Positions 30,294 to 37,931 of a stretch of 64,000 nt of DNA are shown here, in pieces. The stretch's first letter is position 1. Each line of letters starts with the position of its first letter. A model generated the notes under the pieces. That model did not search any database, had not been told where the DNA came from, and saw nothing but the letters and a program-made list of their open reading frames with translations. The DNA comes from an uncultured Gammaproteobacteria bacterium (GTDB taxonomy: Bacteria; Pseudomonadota; Gammaproteobacteria; DRLM01): NCBI GenBank assembly GCA_963729605.1, contig CAVSNY010000002.1, positions 160,001-224,000 on the forward strand, given 5' to 3'. A program made the translations under genes and the position numbers.

Positions 30294-31415
30294 ATGGCTT
30301 TGGTGGATATGCGCGACATGTTGCGCCATGCCTACGAGCATGGTTACGCCGTGGCCGCCTTTGAAATCGTGAGCCTCGACGTACTCGCGGCGGTGCTGGA
30401 CGCGGCCGAGCGTTGCCGCGCTCCGGCGCTGATCATCGTCGGCGATGACGACGATGCCCCGTGTGACCTGGAGGTGTTGATGCCGGCGGCGGAAACCGCC
30501 GCGCGGCGCGCGTCGGTGCCGGTGGCCATTCAATACGCACCGGTGAATTCGCTCGATGACGTCTACCGGGCGATGGCATTGGGATGCAACGGCATCGCGA
30601 TGTCACGCCGTCGCGAGACATTTCCCGAGGCGATCAAAAAGACCCGCGAAATCGTCGACTGGGCCCACGGCTGCGGTATGCCAGTGGAGGCGGGTTGGTT
30701 GTCCGCGCCGCCTATGCTTGCAGCGGACGAGGCGCATGCTGAAGAAGAGGAGGCGTGGCCTACGCCGAGCGAAGCGGCGGCCTTCGTGCAACGCGCGGGC
30801 GTGGATTTTTTTGCGCTCGACGATCCGCGCAGCGTAAAGACCAAGATCGATTTCCCGCGTCTCAAATTGATCGGCGCCGCGGTGCGCACGCCGCTGGTGC
30901 TGTACGGCGCCGGCGCATTGAGCGAAGACCAAATCAGGCGGGCGATTTTCAAAGGCGTCGCCAAGATCAGCGTCGATCCGGCCACGCTGCAGGGCCGCGA
31001 CACATCCTCGCGCACGTCCGCGGCCCGCGCGCGCAGAGCCGCCATGGGGGCCGAAGCGGAGCGGCACATGCGTTTGTACGGTAGCGCCGGCCGTGCCGCG
31101 GAAGTGCTGAGCCGCTGCGCAGCGTGGACGGTGGTGCAGCAGGTCTGGCTCTGCGGTGGCGATTCGGTCGATGAACGCGCGTTTGCGGGTTTGATGGACG
31201 AATGCCGGCGCCTCGTCGGCACCACCCCCGGCGTGCGTGGCGTTTTCGCCGGCCGCGCCTCGGCCGAGCAGGAAAGATATCGCTATTGCATCGTGTTCCG
31301 GCTGTCGCATCCCGACGCCGTGAAACACGCGCACGACGCGCTGTCGACGGTGCGCCGCAGCTTCAGCGAACGTTGTCTCGCGGTGGATGTGCCGGCGCTG
31401 GAGATTGTGGCGTAG
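30294..31415 (+). CDS. Class II fructose-bisphosphate aldolase-like protein with degenerate active site, fused to a C-terminal Dabb-like domain
   Basis: Barrel scaffold recognisable (LVDMRDML.HA...YAVAAF, AHGCG.PVEA, PSEAAAFV...GVDF.A, IDFPRL, GVAKI, GSAGRA), but HLDH reads QYAP, GxxHG is absent and LHGG reads LYGA. C-terminal ~95 aa (PGVRGVFAG...RYRYCIVFRL.HP) resembles Dabb. Confidence 0.8.
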   Translation: MALVDMRDMLRHAYEHGYAVAAFEIVSLDVLAAVLDAAERCRAPALIIVGDDDDAPCDLEVLMPAAETAARRASVPVAIQYAPVNSLDDVYRAMALGCNGIAMSRRRETFPEAIKKTREIVDWAHGCGMPVEAGWLSAPPMLAADEAHAEEEEAWPTPSEAAAFVQRAGVDFFALDDPRSVKTKIDFPRLKLIGAAVRTPLVLYGAGALSEDQIRRAIFKGVAKISVDPATLQGRDTSSRTSAARARRAAMGAEAERHMRLYGSAGRAAEVLSRCAAWTVVQQVWLCGGDSVDERAFAGLMDECRRLVGTTPGVRGVFAGRASAEQERYRYCIVFRLSHPDAVKHAHDALSTVRRSFSERCLAVDVPALEIVA

Positions 31416-31543
31416 GTGTCATTTGAGAAAGTAGACGCATAGTTCGGAAGAACTATTTGGCGCCATGCGGACGATAGGCGCGACGGCGCTGGTAACAGTC
31501 GGTACGGTCTTTGTGCTTTCACTGGTGCGAGGTGATGTAGTTC

Positions 31544-33220
31544 ATGAACCAGCTCATCGCTTTAATGCCGGCGCTGCCGGTCATCTCGGCGTTGCTGACG
31601 CATCTGTTGGCGGCGAGACTCGGCCGTCGAGTGGCGAGGCTGAGCGTCGTCGCGGCAGGGATCACGTTCGCGCTCACCGTGGTGATGCTCGGCCTGACCG
31701 TGGCTGGGCATGGCCCGGGACAGATTGCGGCTGCCGGGGATATCGGCGTTTTAATGAGCGACCCCTTGAGCGCGGTGATGGCGGTGCTGATCGCCGGCAT
31801 CAGCTTCATCGTGCACCTCTATTCGGTGCGTTATATGGCCGAAGAAGCCGGCTACGCCCGATTCTTCGTGCTGTTGGATCTGATGACGGCGGCGCTGCTG
31901 GTCATGGTCGCGGCGGGAGATTTGATCACGCTGCTGGCGGCCTGGCACATCATCGGCGTCTTGCTCTACTTCCTGCTCGGCCAGGACACCCGCAGCCCGT
32001 CGGCCTATCGCTACGCCTTTTGGACGTTTTTCACCTATCGCATCGGTGACCTCGCGCTGGTGCTGGCCGCTGCCTTGTTGTATTGGGCCTACGGGACTTG
32101 GTCCTTGCCGGAGATCTTCGCGGGCGTCGAGGCCGACCCCGCCGCCCGCAGCTTTTTCGGCGTGCCGGTGGTCGAAGCGGTCGGCGCGCTGTTGGCGCTG
32201 GCGGCCTTTGCGCGCTCGGCGCAGTTTTTACTGCATACGTGGCTGCCTTACACCATGGCGGGTCCCACCCCGGTGTCGGCGTTGATGCACGCCGGCATCG
32301 TCAATGCCGGCGGTTTCTTGATCAATCGCTTCGCGCCGATCTTCGTGCACAACAGCGACGTATTGCATGCGATCTTTCTGGTGGGCCTGGTCACGGCCGT
32401 CATCGGCTCGGTCCTGATGCTCACCCAGAACGACATCAAGAAGGCACTGGGCTACTCCACGATGGGGCAGATGGGTTTCATGGTGATGGAGTGCGGACTC
32501 GGGGCGTTCTCCCTCGCCATCTTCCACCTGATCGCCCATGGGATGTTCAAAGGTACGCTGTTTCTCGGCGCCGGCGGCGTGATCGGCGAGGCGCGCAAGG
32601 ACGACGGCGTGCCGAAGGATCACCTCTACACCTTCGTGGTGGAGAAACGCCCGGCCCGGCGCCGGCAACCCTGGCTGTTGATGGCGGCGATCACCTTGGC
32701 GGTGCCGGTCGCGGTGCTCGTCGCGGCGCACTGGATCGTTTCCGACGATTTCTTCCAGAAGCAGGGCGCCATCGTGCTGCTCTTCTTCGGCTGGATGACC
32801 GGGGCGCAGCTGCTGTTCGCGACCTACCGCATGCGCACCGAGAACGTCGGAAGACTGTTCACGCTGATCCTGTCGTCGTTCGTGGTCATCGTGCTGGGCT
32901 ACGCCTTGATCAGTCACGCCTTCGATGTGTTCCTGTATCCAGATCCGGCGTTCCGTGCCCGCATCTACGAAGCCGCCAATGTGGACGTGTTCTGGTTCGA
33001 TCTGCTCGTGGTGCTGGTCACCACCGTGGTCGTGCTCGGTTGGCTGATCACCTACTACTCGGAACAAAGCGGCCGGCGGGACAAGGACGCCGGCCCAGTT
33101 TGGATGAGCTTCTACGCCCTGGTCTCCCGGGAGTTCTATCTCGCGGATGTCTACAGTTGGGCGACGCGCGTAATCCTCGCGGCCGCGGCGAAGGTCAACG
33201 TCTGGCTGAGGTGGGCGTGA
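31544..33220 (+). CDS. dabB: DAB inorganic carbon pump membrane subunit DabB (NuoL/ND5-like)
   Basis: DPLSAVM, YSVRYM, RIGD, SAQF.LH.WLP.TMAGPTPVSALMHAGIVNAGG, YSTMGQMGFM, HGMFKGTLFL; upstream of a DUF2309 gene. Confidence 0.92.
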   Translation: MNQLIALMPALPVISALLTHLLAARLGRRVARLSVVAAGITFALTVVMLGLTVAGHGPGQIAAAGDIGVLMSDPLSAVMAVLIAGISFIVHLYSVRYMAEEAGYARFFVLLDLMTAALLVMVAAGDLITLLAAWHIIGVLLYFLLGQDTRSPSAYRYAFWTFFTYRIGDLALVLAAALLYWAYGTWSLPEIFAGVEADPAARSFFGVPVVEAVGALLALAAFARSAQFLLHTWLPYTMAGPTPVSALMHAGIVNAGGFLINRFAPIFVHNSDVLHAIFLVGLVTAVIGSVLMLTQNDIKKALGYSTMGQMGFMVMECGLGAFSLAIFHLIAHGMFKGTLFLGAGGVIGEARKDDGVPKDHLYTFVVEKRPARRRQPWLLMAAITLAVPVAVLVAAHWIVSDDFFQKQGAIVLLFFGWMTGAQLLFATYRMRTENVGRLFTLILSSFVVIVLGYALISHAFDVFLYPDPAFRARIYEAANVDVFWFDLLVVLVTTVVVLGWLITYYSEQSGRRDKDAGPVWMSFYALVSREFYLADVYSWATRVILAAAAKVNVWLRWA

Positions 33221-33221
33221 C

Positions 33222-33980
33222 ATGTCCTCGATGATGTGGCTGTTGTCGGCTTTCTTTCTGCCCCTATTTCCACTCAGCATGGGGTTCAACGCCCTGTTTG
33301 CACGGCTCCGCCACCCGCTGCTGCGGACGGCGATGCTGCTGATATGGCCCCAGATCGGGGTGGTGGCGCTTTCCCTGGTGACCACACCGATACCCGGATG
33401 GGTCCTGGCGCTGGCGGTGACGACCTCGATACTGTATGGCGTTCGGGCCCTGGCTCTCCGCGAATTGGGCCTGTGGACCAGCTTTCTCGCGACCTCCAGC
33501 TGGGCCCTGCTTTGGATATCGGCCTATGACGGTGCCGACGCCTCGACGTTGCACCTCTACGCCGCGGGTTTCAGTGTGCCGCTGGTGCTGTTGGCGCTGC
33601 TGACCGGTGGCTTGGAACGCCGCTTCGGCGCGGCGTATACGGGGCTCTATGGCGGTCTCGCCCAGGTGCTTCCCCGCTTTTCCGGCGTGTTGGTGTTCGT
33701 GGTGCTGGCGGTAATCGCCACGCCGGTCTTCCCGGCGTTTTTCGCGATGCTGTCGACGATCGTGACCGCGGTGCCAGCCGCCCCCGCGGTCGCCGCCGGC
33801 GTCGCCGTGAGCTGGCTGGTGTGGAGCTGGGCCGGGGCGCGCCTGTTGCAGGGCATGATCGTCGGGCCTGGGTGTGACTGTGAGGTGCGGGACCTGAGCC
33901 GCGCCGCCACTTGGGGATACGCCTCGGTGCTGGTGCTGCTCGCGGTAGCCGGCCTCTCGTGGATGGGGGGACTGTCATGA
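33222..33980 (+). CDS. Additional membrane protein of the DAB cluster
   Basis: Multi-TM protein with LERRFG...GGLA..LPRFS, resembling the C-terminal part of NuoM-like antiporter subunits; closely coupled to dabB and dabA. Confidence 0.75.
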   Translation: MSSMMWLLSAFFLPLFPLSMGFNALFARLRHPLLRTAMLLIWPQIGVVALSLVTTPIPGWVLALAVTTSILYGVRALALRELGLWTSFLATSSWALLWISAYDGADASTLHLYAAGFSVPLVLLALLTGGLERRFGAAYTGLYGGLAQVLPRFSGVLVFVVLAVIATPVFPAFFAMLSTIVTAVPAAPAVAAGVAVSWLVWSWAGARLLQGMIVGPGCDCEVRDLSRAATWGYASVLVLLAVAGLSWMGGLS

Positions 33981-36900
33981 GCTTGCCGCTGGGCCAAAAA
34001 CTCGGCATTCGCACCATGATTTATGTGGCCGGGGAGCCGGTGCCGTTCTTCTGGCCCATGCGCTCGTTCATCCATCACAATCCCTTGCATGGCCTCGAGC
34101 GTCACCCGTTTTACAGCGCCGTGCGGACCGGCGAGCGTCTGTTCCATGGGCGGGGCTATCTGCCGCGGCGCCTGTACCAGCGTTATCTCGGTCAGGGCAA
34201 GATAGACCGGGAGGCCCTCGCCGGGGAGCTTGCCGCGTTCCTCGGTTCGCGGGAGGTGCCCGGCCTGGATCTTGAGCGCTGGCTGATGACGCTCCTGACC
34301 GAAACACCTTTATCGGTGTGTGTGGCCACGACGCTTGCCGGCGCCGCCGACATACGAGCCGCCTTCGACAACAGGCCGCCGGGCCCCGCATCGGCGATCC
34401 CCCGAGAGGTGCTCGCGTCGCGGCTGGCGGGGGAGCTGCTGGGCGATCGGCCGGTGTACGAAGCGGTCGACGCCTTGTACGGCACGGAGATTGGCGCCAC
34501 CCTGGATGAACTGGTGGTCAAGAGCTGTCTCGATTTCTTCGACGAAGGGCAGTCCTCCTGGGCCATGCCGCAGCGCGAGCGGGGCTTCTTCGCCGCCTGG
34601 CGCGAGGTGGCGCAACGCAACGCCCGGCTGTTTCTGCGCGGACTCCATATCAACCAAATACTGAGCGTGGACGAAAGCCCAGAAGGGGTGATCGCCTATG
34701 TCATGGAGAACCTGCAGATCCCCCGGGATCGTTGGATCGGTTATTTCACCCGGGAGCTCGCCCGGCTGCACGGCTGGGCCGGCTTCATCCGCTGGCGTTC
34801 CAGCGCCAAGCACTACCATTGGACCCAGCGTTATCCGGGCGATCTCGTCGACTACATGGCGGTGCGCCTGACCCTGGCCCTGGCGCTGCTGCGCGAGGTG
34901 GGCGAGCGGCAGATTCCCTGCACGGCCGCTGCAATCGAAGAGGCCGTGCACGGCCGGCTCGAGGAGATTTATCTGCGCCACGAATTCCATGGCGGCGGCA
35001 TCGTGCCCGCCCTGGCGCACCGGGTCGAAGACGCCTTGTCGAGGGGCTCGGAACGTCACCTGTCGAAGGTCTTCGCCGAGTATGTCGAGAAGAAACGCGG
35101 CTGCGAAGCGGAACAGCAGGCGGTACGTTTACGCGACCTGGCGCTGCAGGTCGGTGAGATGGAGGCGGTCACGCAGCTCGCCGCAAATGAGTTTGCATGC
35201 CTGCTCGACCTGCTGAGGGAATTCGAAAAGTGCGAAGGCCCGATCTGGCTGAGGGCCTCGGAGGCACGGGCCATCGAGCAGTTTCTGGGTGGGGCACATG
35301 TGCAGGCGCCGCCGCAGCGGACCAAACGCCCTTTCGTCCAGGCGCTGTTCTGTATCGATACACGCTCCGAGCGCATTCGGCGACACTTGGAAGGCATCGG
35401 GGATTACCAGACCTTCGGCATCGCCGGCTTCTTCGGGGTGCCGGTGAGTTTCATGGAGATGGGCAAAGGCAGCGAGACCCACCTGTGTCCGGTATTGCTG
35501 ACGCCCAAGAACCTGGTCCTGGAAATGACGGCGGGCAGTCCGCGTGACGAGGATGCGCTCACCTTCCTGGAAAAGGCCATGCACGAGCTGAAGGAGTCCG
35601 TGCTGACGCCGTTCGTGACCGTGGAGGCCATCGGTCTCTTGTTCGGCTTCGACATGGTCGGCAAGACCGTCGCGCCGGCCTCGTATAACCGCTGGCGCCG
35701 GCGTATTCATGCCAGCAAACCGCCGACCCGGCTGCTGTTGGACAAGCTTACCCGCGAACAGGCGGATTCCATCGTGCGCACGGTGCAGCGGGCGGTGATC
35801 GTCAAGGCCCTCGAGCAGGAAATCCGCCTGCGGCCGGAGCGCATCACCGACGAACTGGTGCGGGAACTCCGCGAGGTCGCGCTGGGCCACGACGAGGGCT
35901 GCCCCAAACTCCTCGAGGCATTGGACGGCGACGCGTCCCGGGCGCAGGCGTTCATCGACCGCCTGCGGGGGCCGTACCGCATCAATCCCTCCTTTGCCCA
36001 GCTGCAACTGGAGCGGCTCGGGCGCATCGGCTTCTCCCTCGATGAACAAGCCCATTTTGTCGCGCAAGCCTTGCGGGCGATTGGACTCACCGAAGGGTTT
36101 TCCCGTTTCGTGCTGCTGGCGGGCCATGGCAGCCGCTCGGAGAACAATCCCTATGAGTCGGCGCTGGACTGCGGCGCGTGCGGCGGCAATCATGGCCTGG
36201 TCAGCGCCCGGGTCTTGGCGCAAATGGCGAACAATGCCGGAGTGCGTCAGCGGCTGCATGAGATGGGTATCGACATCGCTGCGGATGCCTGGTTTCTTCC
36301 GGCGCTGCACAACACCACCACCGACGAAGTGAAACTTTTCGATCTGGACCTGCTGCCGTCCTCCCACTTGGTGTATTTGGATCGGCTGCGCGGCGGCCTG
36401 ACGGCGGCGTCGCGACTGTGCGCGCAGGAGCGCGTGCCCAGCTTGGCCATCGAAGGGGATCGGGTGGACAATCCGGCTGCGGCCTACCGCGCCGCGCAGC
36501 GCAACGCCATGGACTGGTCGCAGGTGCGTCCGGAGTGGGGACTGTCCGGCAACGCCTACTTCGTCATCGCGACGCGGGGCCTCACCCAGGGCATGTCTCT
36601 GGAGGGGCGGGCCTTTCTCCATTCCTATGACTACCGTATCGATGAGCGGCGGCGGCTGCTGGAAACCATCTTGTCCGGCCCGCTGGTCGTGGGTCAGTGG
36701 ATCAACCTGGAGCACTATTTCTCCACCGTCGACAACGAGCGCTTCGGCAGCGGCAGCAAGGTGTACCACAACGTGGCCGGTCGCTTCGGCGTGATGACCG
36801 GCAACCTCAGCGACCTGCGTACCGGCCTGCCGTCTCAGACCGTGCTGGACAACGGCCTGCCGTATCATCAGCCGATCAGGCTGATCACCGTGATCGAGGC

Positions 36901-37090
36901 CCCGTTCGAGCATGCCCGCGCCGCGATCGAGGCGGTGGCGCCGGTCAAGAACCTGGTGCGCAACGGCTGGGTACGATTGATGGTGGTCGATCCAGAGGCG
37001 GCAGCGGTGTTTGTTTATGACGAGGGGGATTGGCGCCGCCGTTCCCTCGTCGACGCGACTGGAACGGCATCTCTGGAGGAGTCCCACTGA
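33977..37090 (+). CDS. dabA: DAB inorganic carbon pump cytoplasmic subunit DabA (DUF2309, beta-CA-like)
   Basis: WPMRSFIHHNPL.GLE, FCIDTRSE, GIAGFFG, GHGS.SENNP..SALDCGACGG, DWSQVRPEWGL, FLHSYD, GSGSKVYHNV. Confidence 0.95.
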   Translation: MSLPLGQKLGIRTMIYVAGEPVPFFWPMRSFIHHNPLHGLERHPFYSAVRTGERLFHGRGYLPRRLYQRYLGQGKIDREALAGELAAFLGSREVPGLDLERWLMTLLTETPLSVCVATTLAGAADIRAAFDNRPPGPASAIPREVLASRLAGELLGDRPVYEAVDALYGTEIGATLDELVVKSCLDFFDEGQSSWAMPQRERGFFAAWREVAQRNARLFLRGLHINQILSVDESPEGVIAYVMENLQIPRDRWIGYFTRELARLHGWAGFIRWRSSAKHYHWTQRYPGDLVDYMAVRLTLALALLREVGERQIPCTAAAIEEAVHGRLEEIYLRHEFHGGGIVPALAHRVEDALSRGSERHLSKVFAEYVEKKRGCEAEQQAVRLRDLALQVGEMEAVTQLAANEFACLLDLLREFEKCEGPIWLRASEARAIEQFLGGAHVQAPPQRTKRPFVQALFCIDTRSERIRRHLEGIGDYQTFGIAGFFGVPVSFMEMGKGSETHLCPVLLTPKNLVLEMTAGSPRDEDALTFLEKAMHELKESVLTPFVTVEAIGLLFGFDMVGKTVAPASYNRWRRRIHASKPPTRLLLDKLTREQADSIVRTVQRAVIVKALEQEIRLRPERITDELVRELREVALGHDEGCPKLLEALDGDASRAQAFIDRLRGPYRINPSFAQLQLERLGRIGFSLDEQAHFVAQALRAIGLTEGFSRFVLLAGHGSRSENNPYESALDCGACGGNHGLVSARVLAQMANNAGVRQRLHEMGIDIAADAWFLPALHNTTTDEVKLFDLDLLPSSHLVYLDRLRGGLTAASRLCAQERVPSLAIEGDRVDNPAAAYRAAQRNAMDWSQVRPEWGLSGNAYFVIATRGLTQGMSLEGRAFLHSYDYRIDERRRLLETILSGPLVVGQWINLEHYFSTVDNERFGSGSKVYHNVAGRFGVMTGNLSDLRTGLPSQTVLDNGLPYHQPIRLITVIEAPFEHARAAIEAVAPVKNLVRNGWVRLMVVDPEAAAVFVYDEGDWRRRSLVDATGTASLEESH

Positions 37091-37092
37091 TC

Positions 37093-37419
37093 ATGAAAAA
37101 TCTCAATTTAAGCCCTCTCAAGAAACTGGAAATCATCCTGGACGGTGAGCATCAGGCGTTTGTCACCGACATCCTCGACCGGGCAGGGGTCAAGGGCTAC
37201 ACCATCATCAACAATCTGTCCGGCAAGGGGCGCCATGGCTTCCACGAAGGCCATCTCATGTTCAACGAGGACGATGTGTTGATCATGATCATCGCCGCCG
37301 TGCCCGAGCACCTCGTGAATCCGATCCTCGAGGGGCTCTCGCCCTTCTACAACGAACACTCAGGCGTGGTGTTCATTTCCGATATTCAGGTGACCCGCTT
37401 AGTGAAATTCGGCGGCTAG
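37093..37419 (+). CDS. P-II family regulator associated with DAB
   Basis: LKKLEIIL...GVKGYTII.NLSGKG.HG...SGVVFISD..V.R..KF. Confidence 0.9.
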   Translation: MKNLNLSPLKKLEIILDGEHQAFVTDILDRAGVKGYTIINNLSGKGRHGFHEGHLMFNEDDVLIMIIAAVPEHLVNPILEGLSPFYNEHSGVVFISDIQVTRLVKFGG

Positions 37420-37514
37420 ACAACGAAGGGTCCGATGCCGCGTACGATTCCCCACCTACTCCGCAACGAGAGGGAGTTGTTGAGCACGGCGCCAGGGTGT
37501 CGGCGCCGCTGCAA

Positions 37515-37660
37515 ACGGATGCCATCGCACACTACGAGGACGCGGTGCGTTATTGCCGGCGCATTCAAGGACTGGGACAATGGCGTGTTTTTTTGAAGTG
37601 CTGTGGAACGAGGAGCTCGCCCACGGCCGTGAGATGGCGCGATGGGCGGCCGCTCTGGAC
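37515..37660 (+). pseudogene. Frameshifted 3' fragment of a second bacterioferritin-like gene
   Basis: With two +1 indels it reads DAIAHYEDAVRYCRRIQ/DWDNGVFF/EVLWNEELAHGREMARW, matching the C-terminus of 26974-27453 (EAIALYEDALRYCQRIQDRDNGAFFEALWNEELAHGREMAQW). Confidence 0.85.
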
Positions 37661-37931
37661 ACAGTCAGTGCTGGTGGCAGACGTGCTTTCTTTTAGGGAC
37701 ACGTAATCATAAGCGGTTACAGAATAGCGATGGCGAATCCGTGATCTCGATAATCTGAGGCGTAGTGCTCACGCGAAAATGTTCGACATATCGACATGTA
37801 TTCGGCGTGTGTTTTTTCGTGCACCTGTTTCTTCACGATCTCACGCGACGCCGTTCATGAACAATTCAAACTAAGCGGCGCGACGGCCATGCCGCGGAGC
37901 CGCCGATGGTAAGTGAAAAACGGGGAATGTT

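Noticed and set aside
31544-33220. NADH dehydrogenase subunit L (nuoL)
   Set aside because: No other nuo genes are present and it is linked to DUF2309, so it is DabB.
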